Shown one piece after another: positions 15,101 to 25,650 of a DNA stretch of 64,000 nt. Both the position numbers and the translations under genes were made by a program. This stretch comes from Lingula anatina (lineage: Eukaryota > Animalia > Brachiopoda): positions 16,488,587 through 16,552,586 of the forward strand of contig CM120648.1 in assembly GCA_051362555.1 (NCBI GenBank), given 5' to 3'. Under the pieces are notes generated by a model that saw only the letters and a program-made list of their open reading frames with translations, was not told the origin of the DNA and ran no database searches. Every line of letters begins with the position of its first letter. The first letter of the stretch is position 1.

Positions 15101-17511
15101 TTTGACAAACACCAAATGTGTCTTAATTGTGAACCAGTTCTGCAAACACAGTTTGTCATGTGACCGTAAGCGTCTTTCTGCCTTGGTGTTTGGGTCATTC
15201 CAGGCTCGACATGTCCCCTTGCTGCAGCTGATGGTGTGCTGTGTCAATGACACCCGAGATGAGGTCGAGGTAAGGCTTTATTTTAACTTCAAGTGGGTTT
15301 CTTTTGTGTGTGACTATGCCTGACACATTGACATTATATCCATGACATGGATGATTGCTAATAACTGTGTAAAATCAAAATTTGTCACTGAATTAAGTGC
15401 CTTTATTTATTTCAATTCTATCGAATAATAAGGTGCATTCTTTTTCAATTGGTCGTTTTCAAGACGTAGCTCAACATGTCATTTTGTCATCATATCTGTT
15501 GCAATTGTTTGTGGAATTTTTTTTTTTTCACTTTATGTTTTGATACCCCTAAAATGCTTGTATGTTGCTGTTGAAGGGTAAATAATTTTTGTTGGAATGT
15601 TGTAGAATGTGAAAACTAGTGCCATGGAATCTCTCCAAATGAAGATGTTAGCTCTGGAAAAGCAATTTGAATTCTTAACTTGTGAGAACAGTGAGAGTAA
15701 AAAAAGGGAGTCCTATGATGTCAGCCTTTCGTTGGACGGGTTTCAGACAAAGTGGAACATGCATGAAGATGATTGTCGTAAAAAGGTTGGTATCTATGAG
15801 TTGCATTTTCCAATACCGTGCAACAAAGACATGTACATTATAATAAGAAGGCCATTTTATGCACTGGAAGTATGTATTGTGATGATCATGGCATATTGGT
15901 ATTAAAATATCAAAGGTGTTTTCATAGATAATGAGAGAGAGAGAGAGAGAGGGAAAATAGAAGTCTAAAAATAACATTTTGCATTTTAGGTTATAAAGTA
16001 TGATAAACTGCTCAATAACAAAACAGAATATATAACGTATATCCTCACCCCTAAAATGACAGATGAACTTGATGGGCTTGATTGCAAGATACACATAAAG
16101 CAGGAAGTATCTGAGGATCAGGAAGAGGACATCAAAGAGCTGACATCCACTGAGCTTGACATCCATTGGATGTTACCAGTAAGTCAGTCGGCAGGAAACA
16201 GGATGACTGCAATGTGATGAGACATTATCATATTCTCCTTGTAATACCATTTACTTTGTATGATATCATAGTTACTATAACAATATAGGCCTACAATTAT
16301 AGCATCTATTTGCTAGGTTCAACACCAAGCTTCGACATGATTTAGTTATCCCAGCTTCGAGGTGAACCTAGACAAGTAATGACCTAAATACAGGGCCTGC
16401 AACTGCTTTGAGTCGTGTTTACAAATTTAAAGATAATTAAATATACTTAAATCAGATTAAGAACTTATTGATGAAATTAGCTCACACAGGGTCAGTGGAG
16501 ATCCAGCATGATTGGACACCTCCTTAAAAACCTTAAGTATTTAGTTTAAATTATTATTATTGCTAGGCCAATTATGTAATGATTACTTCTTGGTATACAT
16601 TTCAGGTTGCTCCCCCGATATTTTTATACAATTTTGGTAGTTATTCTGGTGGTCCAGAAAGCGTAAGATCTGCTCCACAATTGAGTTCACACCCGTTGCC
16701 AGGTGGTGTCAGGCATGGTGGCAACCTCTTTCAGTCGGGACCAAACCAGCAGTATTACCAGCAAGACCCATACCAACAGAATCAGCCAAGGATTCAATCA
16801 AACATTGGCAACCAGCAGGATGACTTCCAATCTCAAACAGCAAGGGGGGTGGTTGTACAGGGACAGAATCAACAGAATCAGCCAACACCAGAATCAGTCA
16901 ATGACACCCCAGATGAGGTCGAGGTGAGATTTTAATTAATCTTCAATTTTTATTTTATTTTTAGTGTGTGTGTGTGTGTGCAGGTGATTGCTGACAACTG
17001 TGTACAGTTGTAATTAGACACTGTATTTAGTCTCTTTATTTATTTTTAATGCCTGAAATTGTAATGTGCATTCTTTTCAATTTATCGTTTTCAAACATAG
17101 CCCAACAAATATTTGACATCATATTAGTTGCATTTATTTATGGAAATTGGCTTTCGCTCTTTATGTTATGTTATGATACCCTCAAAAGGCTTGTATGATG
17201 CTTTTGAATATAAAGTACTTTTTGTTTAAATTTTGCAGAATGTGACAACTAAAGCTAAGGAACCTTCCTATCATAGTTACTGTAACAATATACAATTATT
17301 GCTTCTATTGGCATGATTCAGTCCCAAGCTTCGGCACCATTCAATTATCCCAGCTTCAGGTTAGGCTTCATCAAGTAATGGCCAAAAAGCAGTATTTTAC
17401 TGCTTTTTGTTTTCACAAATTTCAATATAATTTAATAAAGACACATTGAGAACTTATTGATGACAAAATTATGATTATGTAAGAACAAAGATTGCTCTCT
17501 TCAGTAACCAG

Positions 17512-17547
<36 letters not shown>

Positions 17548-20500
17548 TATTTATAGTCTAAATGTATATAAAATGTTAGAAGACTTTACAGGGGTAACAG
17601 AAAAGTATAAGATTAATAAAGTACATAAGTAAGATTAAAATAGTACAATGTTGATAAATATATTGCCAATTGAAATATTAAGGTATTTAAATAGCTCAAT
17701 GTAAAGGTAACAAGCCAGGCAAATCAGTTTTAAAACTTTTTGAGAATATAAGGAATACCAACTGTTTGTTTCGGCCAAATAATGGAGTAAACAATAATCC
17801 CCCCCCCCTACTTATCAGTTGTTAATGAATCCGTTCCCCCATTCAGTGTTGGTAATATGGGATTTTAACAAAAGGTAGCTATCTTTGGAGGTCACTTGGT
17901 ACAATGGCAAGTTTGAATTCCAAAATAATTGCAACGACCACCATTTTGCTGGTAAAAAAGAATCTATTATATGGGGGGGGGGGGGGGTATTTCTATGATT
18001 CGTTTACAATGTATTAAAATTGTGAAATATGAACCCCATGCAAAGAGCTGTTACCCCTTTAAGTTAATTTTTAAATTATCGTATAGAGTTTTCCGCTGTT
18101 TTTCTCACTGCCCATGTAATTTTCCTAGCTCCACCTCACCAACAACCATCCAATTCATCCGTAATTGTTAATTTTTTTTTTATCAAACCATCTTTTACTA
18201 TGTAACGCGTGCGCCATTACCTCCACTCCTCTTCCACATGCCCTGAGTCCAAGCTTGTGACCTACATATATTTAAATGGTAAATGTGTTAAACCCTCATG
18301 TTGCCAAATAAGCCTTAGAGTGGAGAAATGGCACGTTGAGGTTTGAGTCCTGCTCTCAAAACAATTGACTTGCCTTGGTATTATAATGATAAGTCTGCAC
18401 ATCTGTTTTTTTTTTTTCTTGAATTTATGCCAATTTTTTGAAGTGTTCATTTTTTTCTCAATCTGGCATTTTTATTGTATGGACTCCAACACTCTTGAAG
18501 CTGAAGCCTTATGCTACACACACTGGACAATAGAAGTGTCACCCCCTAAATCAGAGTAATAAAAGTAGGCAGATCTTGAGTAGTTATAATGCCTGGTCTA
18601 CTTATAATGTGACTAATGAGTATAAAACCGCAATACCATGGAATTGTATTGTTGGTCTTGTACATGTACAGTAAATGTTATTCCTGTCTTCCTCCAATAT
18701 GGCAAGATACAGACAATTATCTAACAGTTATATGCGTCAAGTTATTAACCCGAAGAGGCGGAATATAAGCAATGTCAGAATATCGATGCAATTGAATTGT
18801 TCAGTCAGAACCTTGCAGAGGGTCTGGTCTCGTTATAGAAACACTGGATCAAGAGACAAATTGCCTCTGATGGGTCGTCCAAGAAAAGCTACTGGCCGTG
18901 AAGACCGACGACTGATTTTGATGTCCAGGTTGTCAAAGTTGGACACTGCTTGTCAGTTGACAACACAGTGGAACAATTAAACACATAAGAATGTGTCTGT
19001 GAAAATTGCTAGGCGTTGGTTACATGCCCAGAGAGTGTACAGCAGGGTAGCAAGACGGAAACCTCTTATATCGTTACAAAACAGGCAACGTAGAGTGAAC
19101 TAGGGTCAACAGGATCTGGAACTGGACAGTCCATGACAATTGGTCCTATATATTTTTTTCTGATGAGTGTCGCTTTGGTCTGACCTCTGATGACAGACAG
19201 GCATGATGCTGGTGAACTGCTGGTAAAGCATTTGAACCACATGCACTGAATTTTCGAACCCGGAGCAGCATATTCATCATGGTGTGGGCGAATTGATAGT
19301 GGTTGATGGAAACTTGAATCAATAGAAATATATCGATGTTTTGGAGTCAGGCTTGCTACCATCTATTACTAACATGTTTGGTGACAGGAATTATCCATTT
19401 GTTCACCAGGATGACCATGCTCCTTGCCACAGGCCCAGAGCAGCTCATGATTGGTTTGACCAACAGGACATTTGCAGGGTGATGTGGCCTGCCCAGAGTC
19501 TGGATGCAAACATAATAGAAAATGAGTGGAATGGTATGTCAAAACTTTTGACAAATGTCCGTCAAACCAGCAGAGAAATTCTATTATATTCAGTGTTTCA
19601 TGCTTGGGCCAGCATAAGCCCTGAACGCATCAGACAATTTTATGAATCCTTGCACCGTAGACTGCCACCTACTATTAGGTCATGTGGCCATGCCACTCAG
19701 TACTAATTTTGGCCTTGAAACTACATATTTTGGTAGAATGTATATTTTGTTCTCATTTTGTGATTTTTTGTGAATTTGATGTTAATAAAATGATACTAGG
19801 AGCATATCATTCCACAGTCATTTATCTCCCTCCATAGTATTGGTTCAGTAGGGGTGACACTTCTATTGTCCAGTGTGTTTAGTTACATATTCCAAATATC
19901 CGTGTTACCTACTGAGCATAATTAAACATTGGTGTTAATTTTGCTGTTAGTGCTTTAATACTGACAAAATAACCTATTTTGTGCATCATTGTTTCCTGCT
20001 TTTTGCACATTTGACAGCAACCTTTTCATTTCTCTTCTTTAAGAGAAGCCAAGGAAGTTTTTCTGGCAGTTGCAGCAATGCAGAGGGGGATCGCTACGGC
20101 AATACCAATGTGTTTGGAAAAATCCTGCTCAGTATGGAGTATGACTACAAGAAATGTTGCCTGATTATACGTATTTACCGATGCCAAGACCTAGCTCCAG
20201 CCGATGTCAAGAAAAATAAATCTGATCCGTAAGTTTTGTCTGTTATTTGCATGATAAGACACAATCTGAGACCTGCAATTCATATGAATGCAAAACGTGT
20301 CATTTCTAGCAAATAATTTTTTTAAGGTGTTGTTAAAATGTGTCAAACTAAACTCATTCGCCTATCTTACATTGTTTGATTTATGACCTTAATTTTTTTT
20401 TAATATCTTTGGGTTGCAGCTATGTCAAGACCTACCTCTTGCCAGATAAATCAAGAGGTGGGAAGAGAAAAACAAAAATAAAGAAGAATACATTGAATCC

Positions 20501-23039
20501 AACATTTGATGAATCGCTGCATGTAAGTTTCAGCATAAACTGTAAAGAAAATAAAGAAAATTCAGTTTCATTAGTTGGTGCCAAGCTAAGCATTCACGGT
20601 GAGCAATCCAATGCATCAATGACTTGTTTTTTAATTAATGTTCATGATGTGATTTATCTGCTGACAGTTATCCACTATCTTGTTTCAGTACATCGTCACT
20701 AAGAATCAGCTGGAAAGAAGAATTCTGTGGTTGTCAGTCTGGCACAGTGTCAAATTTGGCCACAATAAATTACTGGGTGAGGTCCTTTTGCCTCTTAATA
20801 AACAGAACTTCGGTGACACCTCTCCACAGTGGTTCCAGCTATCAGGAGTAAGTTGAAAAAGTTACAGTAGTATTCAAAACAATATTTAAAGTCGATTAAG
20901 AAAGCAGGTTGAAGCATTTATATTGGAGAAAAAGTAAGATATTTATTTCAGTAACGGCGGTGTAGAACATAAAGGTTTGCTTTTCAAATGATGTAAGATT
21001 GCCAGGCAGCTGCTGAATGATTGATGGAAACAGATGAAGTTTGCTCTTGGAGCATGACATGTCACATTGAATTTAATTTTTAAAATGACTTTCTGCCAAG
21101 GCATATAAAACCTGCAGAAAATGCAATATAATTTTAGTCATGTTAACATCAAATTGATATTTTATTGTGTTTATTTATTTTGTGAATCCCCACTTTTTCC
21201 TGCAAAACAGGATCATATGGCTGCTGGGGATCGAGACCAAGCCGTTACTAATGTCACTGACCCTCACAGCATCAAAACAACGAGAGGCCAAGTTCTAAAC
21301 CAGGCTGATGTGGGCAACCAGTGGCAAAGGTCAACGTTATTGGAGACATCATTAGAACCCAACTTTGGCAACCAGCAGGATGACTTCCAGTCCCAGATAA
21401 CAAGGAAGATGGTTGCACAGGAACAATACCACCAAAATCAGCCTAGGATTAAATCAACCATTGGCAACCAGCAGGATTACTTCCAGTCTGAAACAGCAAG
21501 AAAGATGGTTGTACGAGGCAAATACCAACCAAATCCACCATCATCACTATCCAACTTTGACAATCAAAGGTTACAAGAAGGCAATTTCCAGTCTCAGACA
21601 CTTCCCGGTGGATCAATAGGAAGATATCAGCGTTATCATCAAGAAGGACAATTACAGGATAGCATACTACCTCAGGGGCCAATCACTGGCCACCGCCTGG
21701 AGGAACAAGGTGGAGACCACTTTCAGACAAGGAGGAAATCAGGCCATGAGTTTCCATATATACCTCAACAACAGGACCCTGTGGCTACTGGGGATCAAGA
21801 CCAGAGTGTTACTGACCCTCAAACCATCAGAACAATGGGAAACGAAGCTCTTAACCAGGCCCATGGGGATAACCAGTTAGAAAGGTTACCTACGGCAGTG
21901 ACACATGGGGTTCTAAGACAGATCCCCGCTAACACAGGCAACACACATATTACATATTACAATTTTCAGCAGGTTTACAATTACACCGGTACCTCAGATA
22001 AGGAATCAATGCTACAAATGAAAGAGAAAGATGTGACAGCGTCATTTAATAAACATGTCTCTCCAAAAGTAAAAAAACGGTTGAATGAGACACTTTCTCA
22101 AGATGATGTATGGGACCAAGTGAAGAAGATGTATGGCATTCCAGATGAAACCCCACGTCCTCCCGATTTTGTGTCTTCTTTGTTGTCTCAAGTCAATGGT
22201 TCTATTGCATCATTCATCACTGTGTTGTTAAAGTTAAAAGAACACCTCAGAGAAGGTCAGAGAGACATTCTACAGGACTTGATTGGTGAAGTCAAGGTAA
22301 TTTATCATTTGTTCACATAAAGATTAATCTTTTAAGATTCAAAATGACTATTCATTTTTTGACTCCAGTATTTTTTACAATTTACTTCACATTAGAAATA
22401 TTTCCTTTCTATGTAGTATCTTGCTTTTACCCATCAGCAATGTTTTTTTTTTTTTTTTTTTCATATATCAGGTACAAGAATATCAACTAGAAATAATTGT
22501 ATGAGACAGTGGGTTGGCTGTTTGGGATTATTAAGTGAATTGTTTGTTGTTTACACAACGTCATGGTTTGAATGAATAGAAGTTGTAAATAAATGTGACC
22601 TATTATATTTCTCTTCTAGAAAGGACTTATGAGTGAAATGGAGTACAACAAGCTGAGAGAGAAAGTGATTGACTTTGCTGAGGAACTTTCGATTCATATA
22701 GAAAGAATTTTAGATCACCTGTATCAGTTTAGTATAATACCAGATGAGGAGACAACAAAGATTAAAAATGATGCAAAGAGAAATCCACAAGAAGCTAGTA
22801 GAGATTTGTTCAAAGTACTCCTTGCAACCAGCCCTAAAAAAGAACCAATAAAACATTTGAAAGCTGCATTCAGGGATTTTGGTCTTTGTCATCTGGCAGA
22901 TAAACTAGAATTCAGCTACCAGGATGTAGAGGAAGAGCTACAGAAACAAGGAGGCTCTTCTAGTGAAGAGCCGTTGGCGATAGGAATGGCAGCTCCCCCC
23001 ACACCTGCTACAGGTGAAAACCCTATTGGACCACATTAA
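2492..23039 (+). CDS. Multi-exon kinase-less Roco protein A: ROC-COR-ZU5-UPA-Q-rich-C2-Q-rich-death-like-CARD (5' part not identified in window)
   Basis: Phase-consistent GT-AG exons: 2492-2740, 2997-3077, 3307-3354, 7714-7770, 8344-8400, 10480-10554, 11194-11481, 11898-12037, 12189-13406, 13577-13625, 14584-15269, 15606-15785, 15990-16178, 16606-16923, 20044-20228, 20420-20522, 20689-20847, 21211-22296, 22620-23039 (TAA). ROC motifs [27 protein letters not shown]; COR motifs [29 protein letters not shown]. Confidence 0.85.
4428..5434. mobile_element. Non-autonomous MULE-like element
   Basis: Inverted termini with GGACAATTCCCCCC subrepeats; 9-bp TSD GTTAATAAG / GTTGATAAG (one mismatch). Confidence 0.75.
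4931..5213. mobile_element. MITE nested in the MULE-like element
   Basis: TIR CCCGCACGAAAATGCAATAG versus CTACTGCGTTTTCTTGCGGG; CTA on both flanks. Confidence 0.65.
5660..6420. repeat. Degenerate dispersed subrepeat region (GAGACGAGAAGG(G/C)AATTT-like motifs)
   Basis: The motif recurs several times with GATCG and CAAGCGA neighbours; the region is absent from the paralog B intron. Confidence 0.5.
6634..6845. mobile_element. PIF/Harbinger-like MITE, copy 1
   Basis: GGGTGCATTCCCA terminus with TTA/TAA flanks; similar copy at 53539-53747. Confidence 0.65.
8596..10400. mobile_element. Intronic insertion rich in TTGCAAC/GTCGC subrepeats (non-autonomous DNA element, possibly composite)
   Basis: Absent at the homologous paralog B site (~53335 AAAGATGCACAC); many GTTGCA/TGCAACC motifs; AGCCTGGGTCACAC start at ~8659. 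Confidence 0.6.
14584..16178 (+). CDS. ZU5-UPA module of Roco A (3 exons)
   Basis: [24 protein letters not shown]...[24 protein letters not shown] is the UNC5-type ZU5 signature. The following beta-rich segment ([10 protein letters not shown]...LMVCCVNDT...) fits UPA. Confidence 0.85.
18517..19879 (+). mobile_element. Degenerate Tc1/mariner transposon in an intron of Roco A
   Basis: 28-bp TIRs ACACACTGGACAATAGAAGTGTCACCCC at 18518-45 and 19851-78; TA at both flanks; transposase remnants [43 protein letters not shown] with stops and frameshifts. Confidence 0.93.
20044..20847 (+). CDS. Synaptotagmin-like protein (Slp4/5, bitesize) C2A-type domain; 3 exons inside Roco A
   Basis: [11 protein letters not shown]...[16 protein letters not shown]|[34 protein letters not shown]|[36 protein letters not shown]...PQWFQL; enters and exits in phase 0. 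Confidence 0.88.
22620..23039 (+). CDS. Terminal exon of Roco A: CARD (death-fold) domain
   Basis: [40 protein letters not shown]...[12 protein letters not shown]...[18 protein letters not shown] matches the six-helix CARD pattern. Confidence 0.75.
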   Translation, partial: KGLMSEMEYNKLREKVIDFAEELSIHIERILDHLYQFSIIPDEETTKIKNDAKRNPQEASRDLFKVLLATSPKKEPIKHLKAAFRDFGLCHLADKLEFSYQDVEEELQKQGGSSSEEPLAIGMAAPPTPATGENPIGPH

Positions 23040-25099
23040 AACTATGAGTGTACAGTATTTGACAATATGTGTCAAGATTTTAATGCTATTTGGGTCACCG
23101 TGGACTAAGAACGTATGGTGTATTGCCACATATATTGACATCAGACAAATAAAGTGACTGTGTATATTTACTGATTTTGAACAGGCCTGCTGAAAAACTA
23201 CAGTGAGGCAAACATTCATATATACTGTTCAGCATCAAATGAGACCCCTAACTTTTAACGGGAAGATGACAAAATTTTTAAGCAAAAACCCAGTGGCCCA
23301 TGAAACCATCAATGCTGTTATGGCCTTCAATGTTGACTTGTCTTTCAGTAGATCTAGAGCCCCAACAACCTATGTTTGTGTTCTTTCTTTACAATATCAC
23401 CAACAAGTTACTGTCTCTCCAACCTCAAAGGATACACTAGTCTTTTGGACCATATTTATATACAAGGTGTAAAACCAGTAGAAACAGGTACACTGCACAT
23501 CTATTACAGTACCTTCACCCTGTATATGCTAGTATACCCATCTATTCAAAATAACTACCCTTTTAGTTGTCTCCCACAAACAAAAATGGATATTTGTAAA
23601 AAACACTGTATATATGTAAATAGTGCCAATATGTGTTTTATGTAAATGTTTTCTTCTGATAATATCAACATATGCGACATATGCTAAGATATAATACATA
23701 CAGTTTTCTCTCACATAGAGTATAGTTTAATCATTTAACGTGTATGGATGGAATTCCATTAATGATTTACATGTAAAAATTATTCAAGGTGGATGCTTTA
23801 ATATGTAGCTGTGGATTAAATTACACTTGCAAGAGCACTGTATATATGTAGAAACTTTTAATAAGCACTATATGTTAATATATTCCCTCAAAGATGACAA
23901 CATTACAGATATTTATGTCTGCAGAAAGTTTCGATATGTTATTTGTAAGATATACTTTGTTCTCATTCACAGAGTATAGATTGAAGATATCTTGACTTGA
24001 TGTGTACGTGTATGTATGTATTTGCTTGTGTATGTATAGAAGTTCATCAATTACTTAAACATTAGCCATGGTGGATGTTTGAATGTTAAATTGTTTTTTA
24101 ACTACTGCATCTGTGTAAAAATATAATATTTAAATTCAGTAAATGTATTCCATCAAAAATATGAACACCATGTACTTTATCAGTATATTTATATATTCTC
24201 CCAAAGATGTCAACAACATGGAAAAATGTTCCAATATTTAACATATTGAATGTTTTTGATCTAACATGTATATATGTGTATATGAGTTCATTAATTAGAT
24301 TTAGATTATTCATGGTTTTTATCAAATTAGCATAAATATCTGTATGGAAAGATGGTTACTATCCAGCACGAAAAGATATTATGTAATCACTTTTCACTTA
24401 TGGAAAACTTAGGTTGACAAATGTTTTAGTTTTTTACCCATTATCCTAGTGTGTGTATCAGTTCATCAATCAGTTTTAGATGATCTGTGGCTTTTGCAAA
24501 AGTACCTCAATGTGGTCCTTGAAAATAAACTCATTTCCAGTTTAAGTTTTCTTACTGATCTCTAAAATATAGGCGTTTATGTCACCTTTCTTTTATAACA
24601 CTATAAAAACAAGACTAACTTTTCTTCAAAGAAATGTAGGGACCCAGGGTGGACAAATTCTACATAATGTAACAGACAGTTTATAGGTCAAAGGTCAAAT
24701 TCAAAGTCACGGTAAGATTGCCAATATACAACGTACTATCCAAGTTCAATTGTAAACTGTCGGCATATCTGTGCCAGTTTTGGAGATATGATAGCTCATG
24801 GTGCAAACATATATCAACATTTGATGGTGGTGTGTTGGGGAACGCAAATGAAAACTGGTTCTCTAAATTGCTGGTGCACGTTAATATCGTTTCCCATGTT
24901 TTCATAACGGCACGATCTCATTAGTAGGATAGTTAGCTTCAATTTTGAGAATAATGTTTAATGCACATCATTTTGGCGTCTTTAGATATCAGCCACTAAA
25001 ATTTATAACACACTTCAGTAGAACTTTTAAGTCAAAACGTAAAAGCGCTAAAACGTATTGTATTATTCGCGTTCAAGGTCACTTGACTAATCTTTAACT

Positions 25100-25650
25100 G
25101 AGGATATTAATACAACATTCTAATAGAGTAATGCATTACCTTCTGGATAATCTCTTATTGATAAAGAAAATGTACTTTGATAATTTGGAGAGTGTAACTG
25201 TATTTTCTAAAGAAAAGAGGTAATGGAATTTTAAGGTATTTTGTCTGTCAATGAAATGTTCATATAAGTAAATAGATCGCTGCATTTTAAAGTAACTACA
25301 TTCCATTATATAATGAAACTCATCTCCCACCCGTTTGTTATCACAGAGGCTACATTTTCTTTCTGATCTTTCTACTTGGTGCCACCTACCTACTTCTGTT
25401 GGGAGTTTGTGGTTTAGACATCTGGATCTACCTAATTTTAATGATATTACTATGTAAGGCAGAATATGGGTATTATTGTTTACAAATGATGTGGGAATTA
25501 AGGCCATGGAAGATACATAACATTTTAGAACCATTCTTGTTGGAATTGGTCCAGCATTGTTGTAGGACATGCAAGCCGTTGATTCGGCGAGTAATGACTT
25601 ACCAACATATTTTCTATGTGGTTTAAATATGGCGATTTTAAAAACCAAGG
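25100..25650 (-). mobile_element. LINE 3' fragment (CR1/L2-group ORF2 C-terminus)
   Basis: HKLPTEVGRW...ERKCSLCD...GDEFHYIMEC zinc-knuckle motif. Confidence 0.8.

Noticed and set aside
19981-20847. Independent synaptotagmin-like gene
   Set aside because: Only one C2 is present, with no SHD, C2B, start or stop of its own; its phases fit the surrounding Roco exons.
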